Positions 33,406-47,003 are shown, counted from the stretch's first letter. The stretch is 64,000 nucleotides of DNA from an uncultured Planctomycetaceae bacterium (GCA_963815195.1 CAWFGE010000019.1:96001-160000), one strand, 5' to 3'. Notes: a model not told the origin generated them from the letters alone. Numbers and translations are program-made.

Positions 33406-36400
33406 ATGCCGGCCCCCGACACCTACTGGTATAACTTAAAGAAAATGCACGTCGTGTTCGCCGTGAGCGCGATTGGGCTGTTTGCCGTCACCATCGCGAT
33501 GTTGTGGAAAGACCACGCCCGCGAGTGGCCGGAATACCAGCAGACCTTCGACCGCATCGAAGACGCGCGGCTGACTCAGCAAATCGGCGACGAAGAGACC
33601 GCCAAGTACGATCAGCGCGTGAACGACTTGAAAAAGCGCCTCGCCGCCGCCCGCGAAGCGTACGAAAAACGTCAAGAAGAATACAAACAGGCCCACGACG
33701 GCGTCTCGCTCGATGATGAAATCGACAACCTGGCGCTCCAGGCGGACAAGAAAGCCCGCGAGGTGCGGAACCAGCGCGCCGAGCGCGACAAGGCGCGGGC
33801 CGATTACGATCTGGCGATCCGCGATGAGCGGACGAAGGCGGCCGAGCGGCTCAAAGACAAATATGACAACGAACAGTCGCAAGTCGATCGGCTCGAACTC
33901 GAATTGAAGCAGGCCGAGGCGGCACTCGACGCCAAGAAGGCCGAGCGGCAACAGGAAATGGCGCGGGTCACCGCCCTCGAAGCCGAGCTGAAATTGGCCC
34001 AGGCCGACGTCGTCCGCCTGGAAACCACCCGCAACAAAATCGATCCGGACAACTGGTTCTCGGCGGCCAAGCGCGATGTGATGCAGTGGCCGATTATCGA
34101 CGGGTTCAACTCGCCGCGAAAAATCAACCGCATCTGGCTCCCGGATTTGAAGATCACGCTGGGGATGGCCAACACCGCGCGGTTCGATCACTGCAAGACC
34201 TGCCATCAAGGCATCGACCGCGTGGAAGCCGGGAACATTCCCACGTTTCCCCACGGCACCGAGATGGTCTCCACCAGCCATGCCAGCAAAGACCAGGTCG
34301 AAAAGTGGGTGGATGAGAACAAGTACCCGCACCCCTACTCCACCCACCCCAATCCCGATTTGTATCTGTCCTCCACGAGTCCGCATCCGACCCAGAACTT
34401 CGGCTGCACGATTTGCCACGACGGGCAGGGCTTTGCCACATCCTTCGGCGACGCCTCCCATACGCCGAACACGCCCCACGAAGAAGAGCATTGGGCGGAA
34501 AAATACCACTATCACTCGAACCACTTCTGGGAGTACCCGATGCTGCCCGAGCGGTTCCGGGAATCGTCCTGCCTCCGCTGCCATCATGAAGTGACCGAAC
34601 TGGAAACCGGCCCGAGATTCGGCGACAGCGCTCCCAAGCTCGTCAAGGGTTGGCATACCATCCAAACCTACGGCTGCTTCGGCTGCCACGAGATCCACGG
34701 CAGCGAAGGCGAAAAGTCCTTGGGCCCCGATCTGCGGTTGGAGCCCAACTATTACGGCGTGGCCCAGCACATCGCCGCCGCCGCCAAGAATAAACTCAAC
34801 GACTCCGCCGGCACGGAATCCAAGGCCAAGGCCGGCGAGCCGAAGCCCGTTGAAGATCGGCTTCAGGAAATCGTCGATCTCGCCGACCGCGTGGCCGAGG
34901 CCCCGGAGAACGCCGAGCACGAGCGGAAGACGCTTCAGCAAATGATCCTCGCCGACAAAGGCCTCGAGAACCCGCTGTTCTCCGCGCGGATTCACATTCT
35001 GGCCGACGGCCTCAAAGACATCGAAAATCCGGGCCTTTACCGCAAGGTCGGACCGTCGCTGCGGTATGTCAAAGAGAAAACCACGCTGGGCTGGCTGGAA
35101 TACTGGACCGAAATGCCCAAACGCTTCCGCCCCTCGACCCGCATGCCGCAGTTCTTCCATAACACCAACCAGGAAGACAAAACGGCCGAGGCATTCCAGC
35201 CTGTGCAGATCGCGGCGATCGGGCATTATTTGCTCGAAAAATCGCAGCCGATCGATCTCTTGTCTCCGCCCAAGGATTACCAGCCGAACGCCGAGCGCGG
35301 GAAGGATTTCTTCTCGAAGAAGGGCTGCCTGGCGTGCCATTCTCATAAGGACTTCCCGGACATCCACCAGGACTTCGGGCCGAACCTGGACAAAGTCTAT
35401 GCCAAGCTGAAGCCGGGCGAAGAGGGCTTCCGCTGGCTGTATTCGTGGATTCGCGATCCGCACCGCTACCACAAGCGGACGAAGATGCCGCATTTGTTCC
35501 TCGATCCTTACACGCCGGAAGGCCAGAAGGACCTCATCGATCCCGCCGCCGACATCGCGGCCTATCTGCTCCAGGAGCGGGAAAAAGACCAGCCCGAATA
35601 CAAGCCCTACGACGTCGCGAAGGCTTCCCACGAAGGCCAAAGCACGCTCGATGCGTTGGTCGGGATGTCCTTGAGCCAGGCGCTCGGCGAGAGCCAGATG
35701 AAAAAATTCCTCGAGACGCGGATTTATCCCGCCCCCGCGGACGACATCAAAGGCGATGAAATCGAACTCGCCTACCAGGGCCAAGGCCGGCCCAGCGATC
35801 AAGAATGGCGGGCGATGAAGCTCAACTACGTCGGCCGGCGGACGATTTCGCAATACGGCTGCTACGGCTGCCACGACATCCCCGGATTCGAGGCGGCCAA
35901 GCCCATCGGCGTCGCGCTTCAGGATTGGGGCCGCAAGGACACCAGCCGGCTCGCGTTCGAGCACATCACCGAGTTCCTCAGCCACCACAACACGCCCGGC
36001 ACGGACACCACGCTCGTCGAGCAGGTCGATCAGGCGATGAAGCGCTCGAATGCCGGCGAGTTCAAGTCGGAAGAAGAGCAAGAGGAAGAACTGAGCAAGG
36101 CGTTTTATTACGACGCCATCCTGCACCACGGCCGGCCGGGATTTCTCTGGCAAAAACTCCGTCAGCCGCGGAGCTACGACTACAAGAAAATCGAAACCAA
36201 GCGCTACGACGAACGGCTGCGGATGCCCAAGTTCCCGTTCGACGGCGACCAGATCGAAGCCATCGCAACCTTCGTCTTAGGCCTCACGGCGGAGCCGCCC
36301 GCGGAGAAATACGTGTTCAACCCAGAAGGCGCGGTCCAAGCCCGCTATGAAGGCGAGTTTCTGCTCCACAAATACAACTGCACGGGCTGCCATATGGTCG

Positions 36401-37789
36401 AGCCTGCCCGAAATCCGCCAAATGGTCCCGCGGAAAGAGGAAGGCCAAGCCTCCACCTATGCCGATTATGTGGGGATGACCCGCGAGCAGATCGTGGATT
36501 GGTTCGTCCAGAACCGCGAAAAGATTCTCGACGGCTCGCTCTCGTCCTATCCCAGCGACATCCAGCAGATTGAAACCCTAAGTCAGAAATTCGGCCTGGG
36601 CGTGGACATCAAAGGCATCGCCCAACTGGCGAACGTCACCGGCACCGCGGGCGGCAAAAAGCCCGGCTCGGCCGACAAAAAGGTTCTGGATCAAAAGGTC
36701 AAAGACAACGTGCGGGAATGGTTTGTGAACCACCCCGAACTGCTGCTTTCGAGCCTGCCCGCGGCGGACGAACTGCCCTCGGGCATCCTCAAGCTGCTCA
36801 AGCTCAAACCGCCGCATAGCGGGGAGCTGAAAGACACCACCGAAAACGGGGACGCGATTCTTCGCTTCCACGGTTTGCTTTCGGGGCCGCCCGACCTGGA
36901 ATCGCCGGTGGACGAGCAATACCACGGCTACCAGTTGTGGGAAACCTTGGAAGTCGGCGGCCGGGTGTACCTGCCGGGCAAGAACATGTCCTTCACCACG
37001 CCGCAATTGGTGAGCGCGAGCCAAGGCCGCGGCGGAGCGTTCACCGATTGGCTCGTGAATCGCCTGTGGATCGAACGCCGCAAGAACGCCCAGGACATCT
37101 CGGCGATTCCCAAGGCCCGGCAGTCCTCGCCACCGCCGTTGTACTTGGAAGGATTGAAAGTGCAGACGCCGTGGCTGTTCCAATTCTTGAAGAACCCGGA
37201 ACTCATCCGCCACGAAACGGTGCTGCGGATGCCGCGATTCAACATGAGCGATGCAGAAGCCCGGGCCCTCGCGAACTATTTCGCGGCGGTGGACGATTCG
37301 CAGTATCCCTACCAGACCGTTCCCGAACGGGAGCCGGCTTATCTTGCGAAGATGAACGATGTTTACCACCAGGAGTTCGCGAAGGATGCCGACGAGCACG
37401 AAGACTATCTGAACCGGTCGTGGCACATGCTGGGCAAGAACCCGCTGTGTGTCACGTGCCATTCGGTGATGGGGCGGGAATTCAAAGCCCCCGATCCCAC
37501 GCAGGTGACGCACGGGCCGGACCTCGACACCCGCGTGCCCAGCCGATTGCGTCCGGATTGGCTGGAAGTCTGGCTCAACACGCCGCGGTGGATGTTGCCC
37601 TACACGGGCATGCCCGCGCCGCACACGAAGCCGCAGAAAGGCTATTTTGGCGATGACCCCGAACGTCAAACGACGGCGCTACGGGACGCGTTAATCAACT
37701 ACAACCGTTTGATTCAAACGGAAGGCGTAATCAAAGCCCCGCCCCCGGAACCCGCGACTCCCGCGGGCGCTCCGGCGGGGATGGAATAA
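33406..37789 (+). CDS. Membrane-anchored multiheme cytochrome c (8 CXXCH, ~1460 aa); frameshift at ~36403
   Basis: CKTCH, CTICH, CLRCH, CFGCH, CLACH, CYGCH, CTGCH in ORF 33406-36573 and CVTCH in ORF 36347-37789; N-terminal TM and coiled coil. Confidence 0.88.
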
Positions 37790-37806
37790 CTGAGGAGTAT
37801 CTTGAA

Positions 37807-38757
37807 ATGAAAAAGACTTTTTCACTCGCCACCCTGTTCGCCGGCGTTGCCGTCCTCGGCTTGATCGGTTGCGGCGGAGGCGCCAAAGACGGCACGAGCG
37901 TCGCCCTCAAACCCAATAAAGAAGAACCGGCCGCGGGCGGCACGACCACCGGCGGCAACGGCGGGACGACCACAAACGGCAGCACGCCTGCACAAACGAA
38001 AGCCGGTTTTGGCGGAATCAAAGGCCGGGTCGTGCTCGCGAAAGGCGATCCGGTGCCCATGCGGGGGATCAAAATCGCCAAAGGCGCGGCCACGGTGAAT
38101 CCGGAATATTGCGCGGCCAACAATGCCATCCTCGACAACTCGCTTGTGGTCAATCCCGAAAACCGGGGCGTGGCGTCGGTGTTTATCTACCTCAAGAAAA
38201 AGCCCAAGGGCGGAAAAGACAAAACGGCCGAATCCGAAAAACGGCCCACGATTTTCGATCAGGAAAACTGCACCTTCGTCCCGCACGGGATGGTGATGAT
38301 GACCGGCCAGGATATCACCGTCAAAAGCCAGGACCCCGTGCCGCACAACGTCCACACATATCCCTTGGGGGAAGACGGCTTCAACAAGGTCATCGACCCC
38401 ACGAACAAGGACGGGGAGCAGATGAGCTATCACGTCTCGCAGCAGGTGCCCTGCAACGTGAAATGCGACTTTCACAAATGGATGAGCGCCTATCAACTGC
38501 CGTTGGACCACCCCTACGCGGCCGTCACCGACGAAGCCGGCAATTTCAGCATCAGCGATTTGCCCTCGGGCACGCATGAGTTTGTGATCTGGCACGAAAA
38601 CAAAGGCTACCTGGAACGGGGCTACGAGATTACGGTGGATGCCGATAAGACCAACGACGTGGGCGAAATTTCCTTCAGCCTCGGCCGGCTCGCCCAAGGC
38701 GAGTTCCGCGGCCCCAAACCCAAAGTCGTCAACATCTCGTCCCTGGCGAAGAACTAG
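37807..38757 (+). CDS. Lipoprotein with cupredoxin-like and carboxypeptidase-regulatory-like domains
   Basis: Lipobox LIGC; DQENCTFVPH, PHNVH, CDFHKWM; AVTDEAGNFSISDLPSGT. Confidence 0.8.
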   Translation: MKKTFSLATLFAGVAVLGLIGCGGGAKDGTSVALKPNKEEPAAGGTTTGGNGGTTTNGSTPAQTKAGFGGIKGRVVLAKGDPVPMRGIKIAKGAATVNPEYCAANNAILDNSLVVNPENRGVASVFIYLKKKPKGGKDKTAESEKRPTIFDQENCTFVPHGMVMMTGQDITVKSQDPVPHNVHTYPLGEDGFNKVIDPTNKDGEQMSYHVSQQVPCNVKCDFHKWMSAYQLPLDHPYAAVTDEAGNFSISDLPSGTHEFVIWHENKGYLERGYEITVDADKTNDVGEISFSLGRLAQGEFRGPKPKVVNISSLAKN

Positions 38758-38759
38758 AA

Positions 38760-38808
38760 CCCAAGCCGACGCCTTGGCGTCGGTCCGCCGGCAAGCCGGC
38801 GGCTTGGG
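38760..38808. repeat. REP-like double hairpin
   Basis: ccgacgccttggcgtcgg and ccgccggcaagccggcgg enclosed by cccaag/cttggg. Confidence 0.6.
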
Positions 38809-38918
38809 GTGATGCCCTCGTTGAATTGACCGGCGCGACGGATTCACCTAAGAAATAACTAACGACTCGAAAACAGACATCATTGTTTAAGACATTTATT
38901 TTGACCGAGGGACTCTCG

Positions 38919-40667
38919 ATGAGAACCCGATTTTTCGTTGTGGCTTCTACAGTATTGACCGCCGTCTTCGCCGGGTGTGGACCTCCGGAGGCGGAGTTCT
39001 CCTGGAACGAGCGCACAGAAGACCTGTTGCCCAAGGCCCGAAAAGCGGTCCACGACGCGGTGACGGGCCACTTCGGGACGCCGGCGAAGATGGAAGGCTG
39101 GCAGCGGCTGCCGATCGAGTTCGGCGGAGCGGCCGGCACGATGACGAGCGCGAGCCGGGATGACGACAGCGACCTGGTCACAGAATTGACGATCGACTTC
39201 AAGGCCCCTGCGGTGCTCGTGAAATACGACCACAATCTCGACGGAATGTTGACCGTCGATGAACTGCCCACGGATCTCCAAAAGCTTCTGTCCGAAAAAG
39301 TCGGGAGTAAAACGCTCCTCGAACGGGCGGACGCCGATGGCGACAAGATCCTGACCGCGGACGACCTCAAGGGCGTTGCCAGCCGGCTGCCGGACGAGTG
39401 GCAAAAGCTCCTCGGCGAAACCGCGAACCCGGTGAACGACGAGACGGCCGCGGACTACGTCGGCAAAGAACTGGTGTTCGTGACGGGGAATTATGCCAAG
39501 CAAAAAACGGCGGTCCAAAGCTTCGTCAATGCGAAGAAGGGCGTCGTGAAGATTTGGCCGCCCCTCACGAAAGAGCCCGAAAACGGCGGCTCGCCGGTCG
39601 AGGTTGTGCTCGACTTCGGCGGCACGCTGCGTTCGGGGCGGCATCTTTATATGCACCACTGCATGCACTGCCACGGCGTGACGGGCAACGGCGACGGGCC
39701 GACCGCGAAATACTTAAACCCGCTGCCCCGCGACTATCGGCAAGGCATCTTCAAGTTCACCTCGACGGCGCGAAAGCTCCATCCCCAGCGCGAGGATCTC
39801 GCGCGGATCTTGCGGCATGGGATCCCCGGCACGTATATGCCTTCGTTTTCGATGCTGACGGAGACCGAGGCCGCGCACATCATCGAATACGTCCGCTGGC
39901 TGTCCATGCGGGGGCGATATGAGATCGACCTGGATACGCAGTTGGCCTTGCAAGGTGACGTTTCGAACACAGCGGTGGAAAAGCGAATTAATCAGGAAAT
40001 GGCCTCCTATGAAGCCGCGGTGAAAGACAAGCGCGAGGTGGAGAAAGTCACGCCGCAGTCCATACGGTCCGAAGTCGAGAAAGATCTCGCGGACATTCTG
40101 GAATCGTTTCCGGAGATGATGGACACGGCCGGCACCCAAATGGCGGACAAATGGCGCGAGTCGCAGCGGATTGCTGCCGAGGTCTATCCGAAGATCGCCC
40201 GCACGCCGGACGGCGAAGCGTCCCGAGCCCGGGGGCGGGTTTTGTTCCTCGAAAAGTGCGCGGTCTGCCACGGCACGACGGCGGAAGGCAACGGGCCTCA
40301 GACCAAGGACTACGGCGAAGACCCGATCACCAAGGAGAAATACAAAGAGCCGGGCCTGTTCGACGATTGGGGTCATCCCATTCAGCCTCGCAATCTGACT
40401 TTGGGCATATATCGAGGGGGGCGGAGGCCGGTAGACATTTACCGCCGGGTCCACGAAGGCATTCCCGGCACGCCGATGGCGTCCTTTTCGACATTTAAGG
40501 ATGAGCAGATTTGGGACATCGTCAACTATGTCCTGTCGATTCCCTATGGCGGGGCGGTCGATCAGTTTGAAAAGACAAAAGTCGCCCGGAGCCGGCCGGC
40601 CGCCGAAGAGATCGCCGCCTTAAAACCGGCCGTGGCGGGCAAGGCCGATTCCGCAGACGCGAAGTAG
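38919..40667 (+). CDS. Diheme cytochrome c lipoprotein with EF-hand-like insert
   Basis: Lipobox FAGC; CMHCH..PLPRDY..GIPGTYMP and CAVCH..GIPGTPMA; DHNLDGMLTVDEL and DADGDKILTADDL. Confidence 0.88.
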   Translation: MRTRFFVVASTVLTAVFAGCGPPEAEFSWNERTEDLLPKARKAVHDAVTGHFGTPAKMEGWQRLPIEFGGAAGTMTSASRDDDSDLVTELTIDFKAPAVLVKYDHNLDGMLTVDELPTDLQKLLSEKVGSKTLLERADADGDKILTADDLKGVASRLPDEWQKLLGETANPVNDETAADYVGKELVFVTGNYAKQKTAVQSFVNAKKGVVKIWPPLTKEPENGGSPVEVVLDFGGTLRSGRHLYMHHCMHCHGVTGNGDGPTAKYLNPLPRDYRQGIFKFTSTARKLHPQREDLARILRHGIPGTYMPSFSMLTETEAAHIIEYVRWLSMRGRYEIDLDTQLALQGDVSNTAVEKRINQEMASYEAAVKDKREVEKVTPQSIRSEVEKDLADILESFPEMMDTAGTQMADKWRESQRIAAEVYPKIARTPDGEASRARGRVLFLEKCAVCHGTTAEGNGPQTKDYGEDPITKEKYKEPGLFDDWGHPIQPRNLTLGIYRGGRRPVDIYRRVHEGIPGTPMASFSTFKDEQIWDIVNYVLSIPYGGAVDQFEKTKVARSRPAAEEIAALKPAVAGKADSADAK

Positions 40668-40722
40668 ACTCCTTTCCAGCATCATCCGCCGGGTTCGCCG
40701 GCGGAATTTGGGAGAGACCGAC

Positions 40723-41579
40723 GTGAAAAAGTTTTGGGTGCTATTTTTTATGTTCTGGCCGGTTTTGGCCCTGGGCGTGTGCTTTTACGCGCCGGAGGCG
40801 AACTGGTGGTTCCCCAAAGATGAGGCGGGCAGCGATCATGCCTTCACACCGATCGGCGAGCGGATCGACGACTTGTTTTACTTGATTTTGATCATCACCA
40901 CGGTGGTGTTCATCGGCACGCAAATCGCGTTGGGTTATGTGCTCTGGCGCGGAGCCGGCGGCCGGGACGAAAACAACGCCTGGTTCTCCCACGGCAGCCA
41001 TAACCTGGAAGTGATTTGGACGATCGTCCCCGCCGGGATCCTGCTGTTTATCGCGCTGTTCCAGATGGATACCTGGGCGGATTACCGGGTCAAAAGCAAT
41101 TACCCCAAACAGGCCATGCTCGCGCCGGCCGCCGAGGTGACGGCCCGGCAGTTCGAGTGGCGGATTCGCTACCCGGATCCGGGCCGGAAGTTCAAGACCC
41201 AGGCGGACGTCGACAATTGGCTGAAAAACCCCCAGCCCGACGATCTTTACACGGTCAACGACCTGCATGTCATCTCGAACCATCCCACGGTGATCCACCT
41301 GCGGTCCGGGGACGTGCAGCATTCGTTCTTCGCCCCGCACTCCGCGTGAAGCAAGACGCCGTGCCTGGCATGGTGATTCCCATCTTTTTTGAAGTCACCA
41401 AGGCCGACGAATACCATCTGCTCTGTGCGGAGCTCTGCGGATGGGGGCATTACAAGATGGGGGCCCGCATCGTGGCCCAGACCCCGGAAGACTTTCGGGC
41501 CTATTTGAAACAATTGAAGACCGAACAAAACGACGACGGCGTCGCCGAGGAATCCCAACCCGCCGCCGAGGAGAAGTGA
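40723..41579 (+). CDS. coxB: Cytochrome c oxidase subunit II; frameshift at ~41335
   Basis: LEVIWTIVP, ARQFEW, DVQHSF, then in the next frame LRVKQDAVPG and the CuA motif CAELCGWGHYKM. Confidence 0.93.
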
Positions 41580-41586
41580 GAGAACC

Positions 41587-43410
<1,824 letters not shown>

Positions 43411-43424
43411 CTCGATACCGATTG

Positions 43425-44393
43425 ATGAAACCCCTCGAATATCATCCGCTCTTACACCGCTTCGCCGTCCTCACGCTGATCGTGGCGCTGTTGCCGATCG
43501 TCATGGGGGCGCTGGTGACGACGTATAACGCAGGCATGGCCTTTCTGGATTGGCCTTCGTCCGACGGCTACAACATGTTCTTTTATCCCTGGCTCAAATC
43601 CGCGGGCGACAAGTTCATCGAGCACGGCCATCGGCTCGCGGGGGCTTTGATCGGCCTGGTTTCCATCGGCCTCGCCGCCGTCGCCTGGAAAACCGAATCC
43701 CGCAAAAGCGTCCGCTGGGCCGCGGCCGGCGTTTTGCTGGCGGTGATCGTGCAGGGGCTTTTGGGCGGCGGCCGGGTGCGATTGGACGCTCGCACGCTGG
43801 CGATGGTTCACGGGAGTTTCGCGGCGCTCGTGTTCGGATTGGTCGCCGCGGTCGCGGTCGTTACGAGCCGGTCGTGGATCGCAGGCGAGAAAACCAGCGC
43901 CGGGGCAGGCCCGTCGCGGATGTTGTCGGTGCTGACGTGGATCGCTCCGGCCGTGATATTTCTTCAATATCTGGCGGGCGGTTTTGTCCGGCACTTCGGG
44001 CTGGCCCTTCACGAGCATTTGGGCGGAGCGGTCCTCGTCACGGTGTTTGTCATGGCGACGGTGATCGTTTCCCTGCGCTCGAAACTTCCCGCGCTCAAGC
44101 GGACGGGCTGGCTGCTCTTCGGCTTTCTGGTCCTGCAGATCGGGCTGGGCCTGGGGGCGTGGGTGATGAAATTCGGCTTTCCGCCGTGGGGTTATGTCGC
44201 CGTCGCCGACTCGCTGCCGCAAGTCGTGCTGCGGACCGCGCACACGGTGAGCGGGATGCTGCTGTTCGCCGCCGCGGTCACTTTGAAGCTCAAAACGCTC
44301 CACGCCGGCTCGGTCAAATCGATCGGCGGGAAATCGCAGCCGATGCTGACCGCCGTTCCGGAAGCGTCCTTGACGTGGCAAGGAGGGCTCTAA
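43425..44393 (+). CDS. ctaA: Heme A synthase (COX15/CtaA family)
   Basis: GALVT..AGMAFLDWP, IEHGHR, QGLLGGGRV, MVHG; about eight TM helices. Confidence 0.85.
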   Translation: MKPLEYHPLLHRFAVLTLIVALLPIVMGALVTTYNAGMAFLDWPSSDGYNMFFYPWLKSAGDKFIEHGHRLAGALIGLVSIGLAAVAWKTESRKSVRWAAAGVLLAVIVQGLLGGGRVRLDARTLAMVHGSFAALVFGLVAAVAVVTSRSWIAGEKTSAGAGPSRMLSVLTWIAPAVIFLQYLAGGFVRHFGLALHEHLGGAVLVTVFVMATVIVSLRSKLPALKRTGWLLFGFLVLQIGLGLGAWVMKFGFPPWGYVAVADSLPQVVLRTAHTVSGMLLFAAAVTLKLKTLHAGSVKSIGGKSQPMLTAVPEASLTWQGGL

Positions 44394-45364
44394 TGAGCCG
44401 CGTGGAATTGAAGTCGCCTCGGCATGTCTCAAGGACCGAAGCGCCCGGGAACCTGGGAGCCTTGGGCGAAGCGTCGGTCCCGCTGCCCTGGTCGTCGGTC
44501 GTCGCGGGCCGGTTGAGCGATTATCTGGAATTGATCAAACCCCGCATTTCGGTGCTGGTGTTGATCTGCGTGACGGTGGGATTTCTCCTGGGCAGCCGGG
44601 GGACGATCGAGTTCCCGCTCTTAGCACATGCCCTGTTCGGGATTGCGATGGTCGCGGCGGGATCGAGCGCTCTGAACCAGTTTCTCGAGCGGGAGACGGA
44701 CCAGTTGATGCCCCGCACTGCCAACCGCCCTTTGCCTTCCGCCCGGCTGACGCCGTTGGAGGTGTTCGGCTTCGGGATCTCGGCCGGCGTGATGGGCGTG
44801 TTGTATCTGGCGAGCTTTGTCAATCCGCTCACGGCGGTCCTCACCGCGGCCACGCTCTTGACTTATGTTTTCGTTTACACGCCGCTCAAACGCACGTCCG
44901 CGATGTGCACGGCCGTCGGTGCGATTCCGGGGGCGTTGCCTCCGGTCCTCGGCTGGACGGCGGCGGGCGGCGGGTTGAACATGTCCAGCCTGTCGTTGTT
45001 TGGGATCCTGTTTATGTGGCAGTTCCCGCATTTCCTGGCGATCGGCTGGCTGTACCGCGAGCAATACGCGAAAGCGGGCCTCAAGATGTTGCCCAGCTCC
45101 CGCTGGGGGATGACGGGCTTCCTGGCGACGGCGTATGCCGTGGTCTTGCTGCCCGTGAGTTTGCTGCCCAGCCGAAACGGTCTGGCGGGGAACGCCTATT
45201 TTCTGACGGCGGTCGTTTTGGGTCTCGGCTATTTGTTGTGCGCGGTTCGCTTTATGCGGGACGAATCCCACCGCACCGCCCGCGGGCTGCTCTGGTCGTC
45301 TCTGTTCTATTTGCCTTTGCTGTTGTTCGCATTGACCTGGGATCATTTTCAGTTGTTGCAGTAA
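44393..45364 (+). CDS. ctaB: Heme O synthase (protoheme IX farnesyltransferase)
   Basis: LIKPRI, NQFLERETDQLMPRTANRPLPS, YTPLKR, WQFPHF. Confidence 0.95.
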   Translation: MSRVELKSPRHVSRTEAPGNLGALGEASVPLPWSSVVAGRLSDYLELIKPRISVLVLICVTVGFLLGSRGTIEFPLLAHALFGIAMVAAGSSALNQFLERETDQLMPRTANRPLPSARLTPLEVFGFGISAGVMGVLYLASFVNPLTAVLTAATLLTYVFVYTPLKRTSAMCTAVGAIPGALPPVLGWTAAGGGLNMSSLSLFGILFMWQFPHFLAIGWLYREQYAKAGLKMLPSSRWGMTGFLATAYAVVLLPVSLLPSRNGLAGNAYFLTAVVLGLGYLLCAVRFMRDESHRTARGLLWSSLFYLPLLLFALTWDHFQLLQ

Positions 45365-45505
45365 GGTTAGCTGCCCGTGGCACCCAAAACCCGTCAATCG
45401 AAGTCTGACACGGCGCTCGTCCCGGTTTTCGACAAATGAACCGGACGCGAGCGCGTTCCGGCTGATCTGAGTTACATTTTTTCGTTTCATTAAGAATACA
45501 CCGCC

Positions 45506-46930
45506 ATGTCACATTCGACGTTGGACCCGCATTCCCATACCATTCCGCCCCGTCCCATGAAGATGGGCATCCCCATCCCGAATTCGAAGCTGGGCATGTG
45601 GCTGTTTCTGGGCACGGAAATCATGTTCTTCACGGCGTTCATCGGCACGTACATCGTGCTCCGCGTGGGCTCGCAGCCGTGGCCTTCGGTCGAGCAGACC
45701 CACATCAACGTGTGGGCCGGGGGCATCAATACGTTCGTGCTGATTTTTTCGAGCTATCTCGTCGTGGTCGCTTACGAGGCGATGACCAACAAGAACTATA
45801 AGAAAGCCTGGGGGACGTTGGTGGGCGTGTTTGTGTGCGCGTGCTTGTTCCTGGGCATCAAGAGCGTGGAATACTACGGCAAATACGAGCATGACGTTCT
45901 GCCGGGCCACATCGCCGAGAGCCGGGAGCAGGCCTTAAACAAGCTGAAGCTCGAAATGGAAGCGGCAGTCAACGCCCAGGTCGCCGAGCTTCGGCCGGAC
46001 AGCCAGGTGGAGGCGGATTTGGAAGCCGAGGAAAAAACGTCCAAGGAGATTTCCGAAAGCATCGCCTTCCGCCCCGATCAAAAAATCATCAAACTCCAGG
46101 CGGAGCTCGCGGCACTGAACGACGCCGGCAAACTGGACGAGACCCAACAGGAACGCAAAGCGGAACTCGCGGGCTTCGTCTCCTTCTACAACCAGTACAG
46201 GACCCTCCGCGACCACATCGACCAGAACGTCGCCCTGGGATCGAGCTTGACGGACCAGCCGACGGTCGTGGTCACCAACGACGGCAAGGAAGTTTCCGGA
46301 ACGATCCCGCCGGGCGCGCCTCCCACGGGACCGGTCAAGCTCAATACGCCGAAGGGGGAAGTCACGATTCCCCGCGAAGACGTGAAGGAGCTGCGGGCCG
46401 GTTCGCCGCCGCCGGAAGTCACTCTCGCCCAGGTGCAGCACAAAGTGCACGACCTGCGGAATACGGTCGTCGCGGCGACATCGGGCAAGACGTACCGCGG
46501 GGTGGAACTCGTCAAGGATGAGCACGGCCACGCGGAAGCCAAGCACGAGAAAGCCGCGAAGCACGAGGAAAAAGAGGAACCCGTCAGCGACGCCTCCACA
46601 CTCGTGCTCCGCCAGGACAACGGCGAAATCGTGAAGATTCCGCGGGATTCGCTCGCGGAGGAACCCGATTATGTCTACAAGGAAGCGATGGAACCGGTCC
46701 ACGATCCCACGGTGATTGTGTACGGGAACATTTTCGCGTCCCTGTATTTCTTGATGACGGGCTTTCACGCCCTGCACGTGGTTGTGGGCATGATCCTGTT
46801 CGCGATCGTGTTGTCCCAAGGCAGCAAGATCAACGAGGCCTGGACCGACTGGGTCGAGAACAGCGGGTTGTATTGGCACTTCGTGGACCTGGTGTGGATC
46901 TTCCTGTTCCCGCTGATTTACATCATCTAA
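45506..46930 (+). CDS. coxC: Cytochrome c oxidase subunit III with a large soluble insertion
   Basis: [24 protein letters not shown], then a long hydrophilic insert, then [12 protein letters not shown] and [15 protein letters not shown]. Confidence 0.92.
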   Translation: MSHSTLDPHSHTIPPRPMKMGIPIPNSKLGMWLFLGTEIMFFTAFIGTYIVLRVGSQPWPSVEQTHINVWAGGINTFVLIFSSYLVVVAYEAMTNKNYKKAWGTLVGVFVCACLFLGIKSVEYYGKYEHDVLPGHIAESREQALNKLKLEMEAAVNAQVAELRPDSQVEADLEAEEKTSKEISESIAFRPDQKIIKLQAELAALNDAGKLDETQQERKAELAGFVSFYNQYRTLRDHIDQNVALGSSLTDQPTVVVTNDGKEVSGTIPPGAPPTGPVKLNTPKGEVTIPREDVKELRAGSPPPEVTLAQVQHKVHDLRNTVVAATSGKTYRGVELVKDEHGHAEAKHEKAAKHEEKEEPVSDASTLVLRQDNGEIVKIPRDSLAEEPDYVYKEAMEPVHDPTVIVYGNIFASLYFLMTGFHALHVVVGMILFAIVLSQGSKINEAWTDWVENSGLYWHFVDLVWIFLFPLIYII

Positions 46931-47003
46931 CCAATCATTAGCCGAAAGGGGCACCGCCCGCAGGGTGGTCCGCCCTGGTTCATGGGAATAACTTGAAACG
47001 AAC

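Noticed and set aside
33436..36153. Long antisense ORFs (33436-36153, 53615-56047, 41395-43386, 23605-25647, 17170-18963 and similar)
   Set aside because: Shadow frames opposite well-supported genes in GC-rich DNA, with no recognisable motifs.
29842..40667. Alternative complex III or anammox hydrazine machinery
   Set aside because: A Rieske protein and cytochrome b are present, no ActB/ActC-like genes are seen, and the multiheme protein does not look like an HAO-family enzyme.
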